From IMG/VR virus record IMGVR_UViG_3300011443_000070: a stretch of DNA of 19,746 nucleotides. One strand, 5' to 3'. The position numbers and the translations under genes were made by a program. The stretch comes from a virus. The notes below the pieces were generated by a model. That model saw only the letters and a list, made by a program, of their open reading frames with translations, was not told the origin of the DNA and made no database searches. Shown piece by piece: positions 7,419 to 15,585 of this stretch (within the stretch, counting starts at the first letter, position 1; every line of letters begins with the position of its first letter).

Positions 7419-7694
7419 CTATTGCTCCGGGGATCCCAGCCGCGCCCAGACGTTGGTGTCGCCGATCGAAATCTCGTGCACCGGCCACGCCCAATACCCG
7501 CCCGCGCGGGGCGCCGTGAACAGCAGCGGGCGTTGCCGGGCTTGGAATTTATCGACGCGCGCGATCGTCGCGGTCAGCGTCCACACGGGGTCGGCTGGCG
7601 ATCGGGCCACGCGCCACGATCGCAAGTCCACCGCCACGCCGTAGCCCCACAGGATCGCCCCTGCGGTGCCGTGAACCGTGAGCGAATCAAACAC
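7419..7694 (-). CDS. Hypothetical structural protein, 91 aa
   Basis: GTG start 4 nt after the major tail gene stop. Composition is normal and Trp-rich. It lies between the tail tube and chaperone genes. Confidence 0.5.
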   Translation of the reverse strand: MFDSLTVHGTAGAILWGYGVAVDLRSWRVARSPADPVWTLTATIARVDKFQARQRPLLFTAPRAGGYWAWPVHEISIGDTNVWARLGSPEQ

Positions 7695-7698
7695 GCGC

Positions 7699-8292
7699 TT
7701 ATGCGTGAATGCCCGCGACCCACGCCGTGCCGTTCCAGTTGCAGGTGCTCGCGTCGCCGAGCCGCATGTATTGGCCCGTCACCCAGTTCGTCGCCGGGTT
7801 GGCGGTTTTCCCCGTCATCGCCGCAAGATTCGCCGGGGCGGCGGCGCCCGCTGGCGTGAACGTGCCGGGCGTGCCCGCTGTCGCGCCTGTCGCGGCGACT
7901 ACCGGCTTCATCGCGAAGGGGCCGGCCGCCTTCCACGATCCAGAAACTTTGGGCGCCTGGAGGCTCGCGTCGATGCTGGCGTCCATGTAGGCGAGGCCCG
8001 ACCACGCGTAGGTGGGCTCGGTGCTGTTCGGGACCAGCTCGAGCAGGCCCGGGGTCGTCGCTTCGGCCGCCTTGAAGAGCGCGAGTTCCTGAGAGTTCCA
8101 AAATCCACTCAGCGAACCTTCAGAATTCCTGAGACCGGGGACATATACGCGATTGGTGTCTTGGAAGCAGGTGACGTCCTCATACTCTGTGCTGAAATCG
8201 CCCTGCCACGCGTTCAACGAAATGATCGGCACGGCCGTCACGCCCGCCTGATCCCACTTCACCTGTCCATAGCGCCCCGTCAAAATTGCCAT
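7699..8292 (-). CDS. Major tail (tube) protein, 197 aa, with a C-terminal extension
   Basis: AGAGAGGGTG precedes the ATG at 8292. It follows the gp10-like gene, the usual tube position. The core looks beta-rich and is followed by a low-complexity linker and the motif ANPATNWVTGQYMRLGDASTCNWNGTAWVAG. Confidence 0.65.
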   Translation of the reverse strand: MAILTGRYGQVKWDQAGVTAVPIISLNAWQGDFSTEYEDVTCFQDTNRVYVPGLRNSEGSLSGFWNSQELALFKAAEATTPGLLELVPNSTEPTYAWSGLAYMDASIDASLQAPKVSGSWKAAGPFAMKPVVAATGATAGTPGTFTPAGAAAPANLAAMTGKTANPATNWVTGQYMRLGDASTCNWNGTAWVAGIHA

Positions 8293-8334
8293 CGCTGCAC
8301 CCTCTCTTTTGTCGTTAACGCGCCGTTAAGGACG

Positions 8335-8817
8335 TCACGCCGCTTCGTCGTGCTTGACGATCAGTCCCACGGATTCCAGCAATACGGCGAGCTTCTGATA
8401 CATCCAGCGGCGGTGCCGGATCATCGTCGGCACAAACACAGGGCGCGGGACGCCCTTGACGCCAAACATCGTCCCGCGATTCCATTTCTTTCTCGTTTCG
8501 CGCGGCTTGAGTTTCCAGCCGTTCTCATGCCACCAGGCGTGTGGCGACGTGCTCCGGATTTGCGCCGCCACGGCGAACGCCCCCACGTCGAGCGGGAACA
8601 CCTTCACGCCCTTCTTCAGTTGGCCAGGCGGAATCTTGCGCCCGTTGCGCGAGTTCCCCGGCCCCGTCGGATACTGGCTCTCCACGTCTTTCGCTGCCGC
8701 GTAGGCGGTGTCGAGCACGATCTGCGTCGCTTGCCCCTTGAGTTCCTCCGGCAGCTTCGCCAGCGCGTCTTTCAATTCGGCGATCCCTTGCAGCGTGAAC
8801 GTGGCCTGGATCGGCAT
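8335..8817 (-). CDS. HK97 gp10-family head-tail joining / tail completion protein, 160 aa
   Basis: MPIQATFTLQGIAELKDALAKLPEELKG...PHAWWHENG...PRPVFVPT fits the gp10 family pattern. The ATG at 8817 overlaps the upstream TGA by 1 nt. The track starts one codon earlier at a GTG. Confidence 0.7.
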   Translation of the reverse strand: MPIQATFTLQGIAELKDALAKLPEELKGQATQIVLDTAYAAAKDVESQYPTGPGNSRNGRKIPPGQLKKGVKVFPLDVGAFAVAAQIRSTSPHAWWHENGWKLKPRETRKKWNRGTMFGVKGVPRPVFVPTMIRHRRWMYQKLAVLLESVGLIVKHDEAA

Positions 8818-9134
8818 CACATCACCAGCGGCACGGCGTGGCAGGCCATCTCGACGCCCCGCATCTCGACGTTCTCGACGCTGGTGATCGCAAAGGTCTG
8901 ACTCCCGAAGATCATCCGGGTTTTCGTCGTCACGCCAGGGTGAAAGTCGCCGCGCACGAGATACGAGGCGGAACTGATCGGCGTGCCCGCGACGGGCTCG
9001 ATAAACACGCCGATGTCATCGCCCGTGGTTTGCGCCAAGCTGACGTGCCACGTCGCCGGGTCCAGATCGGTCCACGTGCCCGCCGGCCCCGGGTTCTGCA
9101 GCGTCACGACATGCCGCCAGTCTCCGCGCGCCAT
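8817..9134 (-). CDS. Head-closure / head-tail adaptor protein, 105 aa
   Basis: The ATG at 9134 overlaps the TGA of the connector gene (TGATG). MARGDWRHVVTLQNPGPAG...TFAITSVENVEMRGVEMACHAV matches the short beta-rich head-closure pattern. The longer track start (9191) would overlap the upstream gene by 58 nt. Confidence 0.6.
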   Translation of the reverse strand: MARGDWRHVVTLQNPGPAGTWTDLDPATWHVSLAQTTGDDIGVFIEPVAGTPISSASYLVRGDFHPGVTTKTRMIFGSQTFAITSVENVEMRGVEMACHAVPLVM

Positions 9135-9457
9135 CAGGCCACCACCGTCGGATCGCGATACGCCGCGAGCAGGGCGTAGATCTTCGGCCACACGTCGGGC
9201 TGCGATCCGTCGCCCCGGTCCTCATACAAGAACGCCGTCAACATGTGGATCGCGTGCGTCACGGCGGCCGGCGCCGTCGCCGCCGTCCACGTCGGATCGA
9301 CGGCCACGTTGAGATACCCGAGGATCGCTTCCTGCGCCGTGGCGAGTTTCTGTGTCACGTCGGCGTCGTGCGCCGTGCCGGTGATCCGCAGATGCACCTT
9401 CGCCTGATCGACCGTCCAGAGCGCCGGCAGCGTCACGCGCGAAAATTCCAGCGTCAT
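9134..9457 (-). CDS. gp6-like head-tail connector protein, 107 aa
   Basis: ATGA overlap with the portal stop. The motif (VDQAKVHLRITGTAHDADVTQKLATAQEAILGYL) is typical of the gp6-like connector family. Confidence 0.7.
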   Translation of the reverse strand: MTLEFSRVTLPALWTVDQAKVHLRITGTAHDADVTQKLATAQEAILGYLNVAVDPTWTAATAPAAVTHAIHMLTAFLYEDRGDGSQPDVWPKIYALLAAYRDPTVVA

Positions 9458-10740
9458 GGCACCACCACCTCCTCGACGGGCTCAGCGGCGAGGGTGTTGG
9501 CGGGTTCCTGCCGCTCCGCGAGCGACGCCACCGGCCAGTTCTGCTGCTGCAAATACGGCAACTCGCCTCCGGGCACGGGCGGCAGGTCGTAGAACGTTGC
9601 GCGGACTTCGTTCGGCGACATACCCGAGACGATGGCCTTCTGCGCCGCCGCTGTCCGTGTCGCGGTATCCATCCAACTCAAGAGCGTGTCGTCAAATTCC
9701 ACCTTCAGGGAGAGCGGGAGTTCCAGACCCGTCGTCCACCCATTGGTAATACTGATCATGTAGGGCTCAAGGCACGCCTTGTATTGGAGTTGCGAGGCCT
9801 CCGCATTCGCATACGGCGGCTGCTTCGCGGAGTTCAACAGCGAAATGGGAAAGCGAAAGGCTTTCGCGATCGTCTCTTCCGTCCAGCCGAGTTGCGCAAT
9901 GAGCTGCGAGTCCGCCGCCGTGGTCGGCATCGGCACAATCTGCATGCCGAGTTCCAAGATCATCGTGCCGCTCGTCTTAAACTTGAGCGCTTGTTCCTTC
10001 GTCCGTTCCGCCGACACCGGATCCAGTTTCGTCGGCGCCACGATCGCAAACGGCGATCGGCCGCCACCCGCAAAGAACGCAGAACTGCTCGTCTGGATCG
10101 CCTGGGCCTGCGACACGGCCCCGGCCACGGCATAGAGCGGCGAGAGGCCCATCAGCGGATGGAAGAAACAATTAATCCGCGCGTGGATCATCTCGTGCGC
10201 GGGAATCACGATCGGCTGCGACGCCTCCGGCATGCCCGCCAAGTCGTTGCTTTGACACTCGTAATACACGCTGCCATCCGGCGCGGTGAGGACTTTCACG
10301 CGCGCGGGATCCAGCACATACAGCGCATCGACCACACCTCGAAGATCGCGGTGCTTCAACTGATACGCATTGCCATAGAGCAGCAGACTCAGGACAACTT
10401 GTTCGGTGAATTGCTGCGCGGTCTGATAGCTATTGGGCGTGCGCAAGACCGGCGTATAGGCCGAGTTGGACGTTTCGGCCCAAAAGCCCTGATCGTCACG
10501 CTGCAGGAGGAGCGGCGGCGCGATCTTGCCGATGTCTGCACTGATCGCCGACACGCAGCCGAAGACGGACGGGTTCGCGAGCGCGGATTCCGTCGTGATC
10601 GGATCGTTCTTTTGCCACGCGCCGGTATACGGTTCGTCGACGATCGTGCGCCAGCCGCCACCGCTCATGGTGAGCGGTGACAGCGGCGCCGCCGCTTTCA
10701 GCGTGAATTCGAGTTCACGGCCGAAGACTTTGAGTAACAC
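9454..10740 (-). CDS. Portal protein, HK97 family, 428 aa
   Basis: Matches include …PYTGAWQKN…, NPSVFGCVSAISADIGKI, LLLYGNAYQLKHRD, IHARINCFFHPLMGLSPL and AFFAGGGRSPFAIV. GTG start at 10740; the internal Met at residue 25 is an alternative. Confidence 0.9.
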   Translation of the reverse strand: MLLKVFGRELEFTLKAAAPLSPLTMSGGGWRTIVDEPYTGAWQKNDPITTESALANPSVFGCVSAISADIGKIAPPLLLQRDDQGFWAETSNSAYTPVLRTPNSYQTAQQFTEQVVLSLLLYGNAYQLKHRDLRGVVDALYVLDPARVKVLTAPDGSVYYECQSNDLAGMPEASQPIVIPAHEMIHARINCFFHPLMGLSPLYAVAGAVSQAQAIQTSSSAFFAGGGRSPFAIVAPTKLDPVSAERTKEQALKFKTSGTMILELGMQIVPMPTTAADSQLIAQLGWTEETIAKAFRFPISLLNSAKQPPYANAEASQLQYKACLEPYMISITNGWTTGLELPLSLKVEFDDTLLSWMDTATRTAAAQKAIVSGMSPNEVRATFYDLPPVPGGELPYLQQQNWPVASLAERQEPANTLAAEPVEEVVVP

Positions 10741-10748
10741 GGGGCGCC

Positions 10749-12551
10749 TTACGCCCCGGTGTAGGCCGCCGCGCTCAGGTAATAGACGGCCGCCGTCCGC
10801 GCTTTCAGCCAGGTCGTGGCGTGCTCGACACGGAACGCGACCTTGTTTTCCTGGAACATCGAGCGATACACCGTGGTATCGATCGGCGGATTCACGGGCG
10901 CCGAGTCCATCTGGATCGAGGCTTCACGGCTGACATCGATCCGCAACCCGCCCTGGTTCACGTAGAGGATCGACGGCGTGTGCACCAAGATCACGTTCGA
11001 CCCGGCCGTGTTACTGATCACCACGGGCCGGCCGTAGAGCGTGCCGCCCGCCGGGCTGACGCCCGCGAAGAGCGGCTGCGCGAGCGCGTTGAGGGACTGC
11101 GAGAGGCCCCACGCATTCGCCTCGTTCATAATCCACACGGACTCCGACAGGGGGAGATTCGCCGTGGTAAACGCGGTGACGGCTTTCTGGAGATCCGCCT
11201 TCGCCGCCGCACCGGTCACGCCCGAGGCGGCCGCCGTCGCCGCGCCATTCGTGATCGCGGCGGGATTCACGCCCGCGACAGCGGCGACAGCCGGCGTAAT
11301 GAATTGCGCGTCCAGGAACCGCGTCAGCCCGTCGATCATTTCCTTGCGAATGAGGGCTTCCGCCGAGGGCGACGAATTGCGGATCAGTTCCTCCGTCAGC
11401 ACGATGATCCCGGCCGCCTTGTGGAACGGCACCGTGATCGCGCCGAATTGCGCCGCCGTGACGGGTTTCGGGGCGCCTTCCCCCACCCAGCCATAGGTGC
11501 CGCCGCCGGTCTGGGAATTCACTAACGTATTCGCGGGAACCTCGGTCATCCCGGGAATCCGGCCGATGAGGATCGCCGCGCGCAGTAGTTCCAGAAAGGC
11601 GTTCGCCGATGGCGTGATCGGCACCAGGGGCCCCGCCCACGTGGCATCGGTCGTGTTCCCGGCCGCCACGGCCGCCTTAAACATCAGCTCGACTTCGGGC
11701 GTGTCTTTGTAGAATTGGGCGGCCTGCTGTGACTTGAACGTGTCACCGTTACCCAGCCCGAGACATTTCACATAGCGGATAAAGGGCACCCAATCCGGCA
11801 CCATTGACTTCACTTCGATATGCGGCACGGCCCCGGCGGGCGCCACGCGCCGCGCGCTCGCGAGCTGGAGCGTCTCCTGTTCGGCGAGCAGCGCCAGCTT
11901 TTTGTCGAACCCCGCGACGCGCTCTTTCCGGGCGTCCATATCGGCCGACGCCAGCAGATCGAGGGGTTCGCTGCCAGAGTCTTCCAACGTTTTTGCCATC
12001 CACGCCACGTCGGCCGCGCGCTTCGTCTGACACTCGGTGATCTGCTGTTGAATGGTCATCGGCTTCGCCCTTTCGCCTAATGCGGCGGATTTCACAGTGA
12101 GGATGGTGGCTTCGAGGTTCGCGGGCATCGTCACGAGGGACAACTCCGCGACTAGAGATTTCAGAATATGGAATCGGCCGCCGGTCAGCGCTTTCATCTC
12201 GACGGGCTTGAAGCCGATGGACGCGCCGCGAATCAAGCCGGCTTTCAGCGAATGCCAGGCTTCCTCGACGCGATCGCGCACCCGGCCGGCATCCGGCACG
12301 AAGGGCAGCGACGCCGTGAACGTCACCCCCTTTGCTGTGGGCGTATCGAAGACGACCGTGCCGACGGGTTGCGTCTGATCGTGGTGCAGTAAGAGGGGGA
12401 GGGGGTTCTGATACGTGACACCCAGGGGCTCGACGACATCCCCCACGCGATCCATCGTGGGCGTCGTCGCGATGCCGGTGATCACCCGGCGATCGGCATC
12501 GACGGACTTGACCGAGAGAACACTATAGGCCCGGTGCATCGGCGCCGTCAT
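10749..12551 (-). CDS. Prohead protease (S78/U35) - scaffold-like coiled coil - HK97-fold major capsid protein fusion, 600 aa
   Basis: The N-terminal 155 aa carry protease motifs (ITGIATTPTMDRVGDVVEP…LLLHHDQTQPVGTV…GASIGFKP…LVAELSLVTMPANLEA). The middle is a charged, helix-like linker. The C-terminal region carries capsid motifs (…GTYGWVGEGAPKPVTAAQFGAITVPFHKAAGIIVLTEELIRNS…EMIDGLTRFLDAQFI…). Confidence 0.9.
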   Translation of the reverse strand: MTAPMHRAYSVLSVKSVDADRRVITGIATTPTMDRVGDVVEPLGVTYQNPLPLLLHHDQTQPVGTVVFDTPTAKGVTFTASLPFVPDAGRVRDRVEEAWHSLKAGLIRGASIGFKPVEMKALTGGRFHILKSLVAELSLVTMPANLEATILTVKSAALGERAKPMTIQQQITECQTKRAADVAWMAKTLEDSGSEPLDLLASADMDARKERVAGFDKKLALLAEQETLQLASARRVAPAGAVPHIEVKSMVPDWVPFIRYVKCLGLGNGDTFKSQQAAQFYKDTPEVELMFKAAVAAGNTTDATWAGPLVPITPSANAFLELLRAAILIGRIPGMTEVPANTLVNSQTGGGTYGWVGEGAPKPVTAAQFGAITVPFHKAAGIIVLTEELIRNSSPSAEALIRKEMIDGLTRFLDAQFITPAVAAVAGVNPAAITNGAATAAASGVTGAAAKADLQKAVTAFTTANLPLSESVWIMNEANAWGLSQSLNALAQPLFAGVSPAGGTLYGRPVVISNTAGSNVILVHTPSILYVNQGGLRIDVSREASIQMDSAPVNPPIDTTVYRSMFQENKVAFRVEHATTWLKARTAAVYYLSAAAYTGA

Positions 12552-12582
12552 GCTACGGCGGGTGCCTCCACCCGGTGTGAAT

Positions 12583-12774
12583 TTAAGAACTCTTAATACG
12601 GAATTGCAGCCAGAGGCGCACGAGTTGGGAGATCGTCATGTCGTGCTGTGTGGCGGTTTTACAGATGGTGTCGTATTCCTGCGTCGTCACCCACGCGGAC
12701 ACAATCGCGCCGTCCTTTGGCTTCGGCGTGTCCACGCGCGGGCGCCCGCGCGGCCGGCCGGTTGGGAGCGTCAT
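12583..12774 (-). CDS. Small DNA-binding protein, ribbon-helix-helix-like with an RGRPR AT-hook, 63 aa
   Basis: ATGA overlap with the terminase stop. The sequence is MTLPTGRPRGRPRVDTPKPKDGAIVSAWVTTQEYDTICKTATQHDMTISQLVRLWL. It shows a strand-helix-helix pattern after a basic arm. Confidence 0.55.
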   Translation of the reverse strand: MTLPTGRPRGRPRVDTPKPKDGAIVSAWVTTQEYDTICKTATQHDMTISQLVRLWLQFRIKSS

Positions 12775-14435
12775 ACCACCATCACCGCGTAGGTGGTATC
12801 GCCTTGCCCATCCCGATGCATGACATCGAGCGCCGTCACGAGCGCCGACACGCCGTCAATCCGCTCGGTCGATTTTTCCTTACTCGGCTGGATATTCCCC
12901 GCTGCGTCGATTTCGATCGCCACGTTGCCGATATTCCAGCGCATGACGGGGTGCCCATCGTGGTGCAGCCGCCCCATCAGGACCGCCGATTCCAGCGCCT
13001 TCGAGGGCGAGGAGAGTTCGCCCTTCGTCTGCCGCACCTTCACGCACGGCCGCGCATCGTCCTGTTCGAGTTGCCGGATCAGTTCGACGGCGTTATACGG
13101 GTCATACGCGATCAGGCGCACGTCGTAGCGCTCACAGAGGTCGTTGACATACGCCCGCACGAGCTGCTGGTTGATGTCCATGCCGGGGCACGCCGTCAAT
13201 TGGCCGCGCCGCGCCCATTCGTCATACGGCACGCGGTCCCGCGTCACGCGCTCGGGGATCCGCCCCGCCGGCACGAAGAAATGCGGCAACACCGAAAAGC
13301 CCGATCCGCTGTCATCCGGGAAGAGCGTCACCACGGCCGTCAGGTCTGTCGTGCGACTGAGGTCGAGCCCGACATAACAGCGGCGCCCCTTGAAGGCGTC
13401 CCAGTCGATTGGCCCTTGGCAGGCGTCCCAATCGGCGAGCGCCAACCAGCGTGTGTCCTGTTCTGTCCACTGGTTAAGGAATAATCGGCGAAAACTGTTC
13501 TCTTGCGCGGGGATCGCTTTCGCCCGCGCGCACGCAATCCGCATATCTTCCAGCGATCGAAAATCCCCGAGCGCCGGGTTGCACGCCTTCCACACCTTCT
13601 CATCCGTCCAGTCCGCCTCTGGCGGCGCTTCGAAAATCAGCGGCAGGAATGTTGGATCGAGCTTGGGATTCTCCTGCACCTTCTTCGCGTGCGAATACAG
13701 CTCCCACAAGATGGAATGGCGATCGAAGCCGGCCGTGGAGATGATGAGATACAGCGGCTGCGTGCGCCCGCCCATCGACGTGCTCAACACATCATGCAAG
13801 CGCCGATCGCCCGCCGCGTGCATTTCGTCATACACGCAGAGGTGCGCGTTGTAACCCCATTTCGTGTAGGCCTCCGCCGAGATCGCGCGATACTTGCCCC
13901 CGCTCGCCTCATGCTCGATCCGCTTCTGTGAATCGACGATATACGTCGCCGCCACGAGCGCGGGATCGTTGCGGATCATCTGCGCCGCCACGTTGAACAC
14001 AATCCCCGCCTGGTCCTTGTCGGCCGCCGCGCTATACACCTCCGCGCCGGCTTCCCCATCAGCCAAGAGCCCATACAGGGCGATCGCCGCCGCCAGCTCG
14101 GACTTCCCGTTCTTGCGCGGCAGCATGAGCAGGCACGTCCGATACTGCCGCTGCCCGTCGCGCCGCTTCTTGAAAATCTTCTTGACGATCCGGACTTGCC
14201 ACGGCCGCAGCTTGAACGTCTGCCCCGCGAACGCGCCCTTGGTATGCGTCAGGCGATTAATGAACGCGATCGGATCTTGAGGGGGTGCGGCTTGCCCGAT
14301 CGCGACCCCGTGCCGCCGGGGTTGCTTAGCGTTCCACCCGCCAGCGCGGGACTTTTCACGGGGGATCTCAGCCAGTTTGGGCATAGATCTTATGGACATT
14401 TGCCGCGTGAATGGCCCGGGTGGTTTGGGGCGCAA
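12771..14435 (-). CDS. terL: Terminase large subunit (Terminase_1 family), up to 554 aa; start uncertain (TTG 14435, ATG 14399 or ATG 14384)
   Basis: Matches include FKLRPWQVRIVKKIF, LPRKNGKSELAAAIALYGLLADGEAGAEVYSAAADKDQA (Walker A region), VYDEMHA (Walker B), ISTAG, WKACNPALG, and a C-terminal nuclease region (GLDLS…YDPYN…DGVSALVTAL). Confidence 0.95.
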   Translation of the reverse strand: MRPKPPGPFTRQMSIRSMPKLAEIPREKSRAGGWNAKQPRRHGVAIGQAAPPQDPIAFINRLTHTKGAFAGQTFKLRPWQVRIVKKIFKKRRDGQRQYRTCLLMLPRKNGKSELAAAIALYGLLADGEAGAEVYSAAADKDQAGIVFNVAAQMIRNDPALVAATYIVDSQKRIEHEASGGKYRAISAEAYTKWGYNAHLCVYDEMHAAGDRRLHDVLSTSMGGRTQPLYLIISTAGFDRHSILWELYSHAKKVQENPKLDPTFLPLIFEAPPEADWTDEKVWKACNPALGDFRSLEDMRIACARAKAIPAQENSFRRLFLNQWTEQDTRWLALADWDACQGPIDWDAFKGRRCYVGLDLSRTTDLTAVVTLFPDDSGSGFSVLPHFFVPAGRIPERVTRDRVPYDEWARRGQLTACPGMDINQQLVRAYVNDLCERYDVRLIAYDPYNAVELIRQLEQDDARPCVKVRQTKGELSSPSKALESAVLMGRLHHDGHPVMRWNIGNVAIEIDAAGNIQPSKEKSTERIDGVSALVTALDVMHRDGQGDTTYAVMVV

Positions 14436-14474
14436 CGACTTACAGACATTTCGACCACCCCCCCTAACATTCGA

Positions 14475-14798
14475 TCACATTCCCAATCCGGTCTTGCGAT
14501 GATGACAGTCGCTGCACAGCGCCTGGAGGTTGTTTCGATTCCAGAACAATTCGGGATCACCGTCATGTTTCACAATGTGGTCGACCTCAAGCTGGGAATG
14601 AATCACCCCACACTGTGCGCAGGTATATCCACACTCCACAAGCACCCGCTCTCGTTCCCGCTTCCACCGGTCACGATAATACAGGCGCCGGATGATGCGG
14701 TTCGGGCGTTGCTGTTCCTTCACCCGCGCATGGGTGGGACAGCGGCCCTTGGGGACCAGCACACCGCAGCCGGGCGCCGCACAGAATTGACTAGGCAT
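14475..14798 (-). CDS. HNH endonuclease (terminase-associated type), 107 aa
   Basis: It has an N-terminal Cys knuckle (QFCAAPGCGVLVPKGRCPTH) and an HNH core (CAQCG…LEVDHIVKHDGDPELFWNRNNLQALCSDCHHRKT). It lies immediately upstream of terL, as in HK97-like cos phages. Confidence 0.93.
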   Translation of the reverse strand: MPSQFCAAPGCGVLVPKGRCPTHARVKEQQRPNRIIRRLYYRDRWKRERERVLVECGYTCAQCGVIHSQLEVDHIVKHDGDPELFWNRNNLQALCSDCHHRKTGLGM

Positions 14799-14886
14799 GC
14801 CAGACCCGGCCGCAGACGTTGCAATACCACCAGGATCCGATCCGTTCGACCATCCGACCCTCTTCGCCGCAATAGGGGCAGCGCAT
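14791..14886 (-). CDS. 31-aa Zn-ribbon micro-ORF (MRCPYCGEEGRMVERIGSWWYCNVCGRVWHA)
   Basis: Not in the track. Its ATG overlaps the upstream TAA (TAATG). Its TAG lies inside an 8-nt overlap with the HNH start. It has two CxxC pairs and a paralogous segment inside the 130-aa protein. Confidence 0.65.
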   Translation of the reverse strand: MRCPYCGEEGRMVERIGSWWYCNVCGRVWHA

Positions 14887-15014
14887 TAGGGTTGCCCTTG
14901 TGGGCAGGGCGTGCGGGGTTGCGTGCCCACATCGATCCGCCCTTCGATCGCACAGGCCATGGTCCCGATCGCGACGAGGGTGAGGGCGATGAGGACATAA
15001 TCACGGACTCGCAT
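14886..15014 (-). CDS. 42-aa membrane/secreted micro-protein (MRVRDYVLIALTLVAIGTMACAIEGRIDVGTQPRTPCPQGQP)
   Basis: Not in the track. The ATG at 15014 is in frame with, and one codon past, the TGA of the 130-aa gene. It has an N-terminal hydrophobic helix and a C-terminal tail paralogous to the 57-aa ORF at 15586-15759. Confidence 0.6.
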   Translation of the reverse strand: MRVRDYVLIALTLVAIGTMACAIEGRIDVGTQPRTPCPQGQP

Positions 15015-15017
15015 AGG

Positions 15018-15410
15018 TCATTCGCGATGCCCAATCCAGCGGCGCAGGGTGTCAAGCGGGTTATACTGGGATCGTCCGCGAGGCCCGGGCCGGGCGTCAC
15101 ACTGCTGTTGGCTTGACACCGGAAACTCCCGCACGCCTTGCGGATTTGCCTCGGGCTCTGGCTCGGGATACCACTGCACCATATGGCAGACCGGGCAGGT
15201 CGTATACGGGCCGCTCCACCACAGTTCATGACGCGGACACCATTGCGGCGGATGCCCTACCTGACTCATCGCTGCCCTATCCTCACCACAGTAGGGGCAC
15301 CGCATTACTTCCCCGCTCGCGTCTTTCGCATGTGGCGTGGTATCCACGTGCCGCGGGCACCGTCCACGGGGCACAAGCTCCCCACATCCACGCTCGGCGC
15401 AAAACTGCAT
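15018..15410 (-). CDS. Cys-rich protein, 130 aa: HNH-N-terminal-like knuckle, Zn-ribbon-like segment, novel tail ending RRWIGHRE
   Basis: The ATG at 15410 overlaps the upstream TAA (TAATG). MQFCAERGCGELVPRGRCPRH parallels the HNH N-terminus. MRCPYCGED…WW…CPVCHMVQW parallels the 31-aa Zn ribbon. No HNH catalytic core is visible. The track gives a 140-aa version from 15440. Confidence 0.65.
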   Translation of the reverse strand: MQFCAERGCGELVPRGRCPRHVDTTPHAKDASGEVMRCPYCGEDRAAMSQVGHPPQWCPRHELWWSGPYTTCPVCHMVQWYPEPEPEANPQGVREFPVSSQQQCDARPGPRGRSQYNPLDTLRRWIGHRE

Positions 15411-15553
15411 TACGCGGGCCGCTCCATTTCCGCGATCCAATACTCGATCGCGTTTTGTATCGTGGTGGCTAGTTTTAAAACGAGCCCATCACGTATAAGC
15501 CCTGGCGGGTGGGTGACTACCTGCTCGGCAAGTGCCACCACCCGCGGATCCAT
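15410..15553 (-). CDS. Hypothetical 47-aa protein (MDPRVVALAEQVVTHPPGLIRDGLVLKLATTIQNAIEYWIAEMERPA)
   Basis: The internal ATG of the 84-aa track ORF is chosen because the longer version overlaps the better-supported 57-aa TM ORF in another frame. Confidence 0.4.
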   Translation of the reverse strand: MDPRVVALAEQVVTHPPGLIRDGLVLKLATTIQNAIEYWIAEMERPA

Positions 15554-15585
15554 TTCTCGGATCTTTTTCCGTGCGTTACTTTCTT

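Noticed and set aside
8315-8329. Small palindrome TTAACG-cgc-CGTTAA between the gp10-like and major tail genes
   Set aside because: It is only 6 bp, AT-rich, with a 3-nt loop and no T tract. It is too weak to call a terminator or processing site without transcript data.
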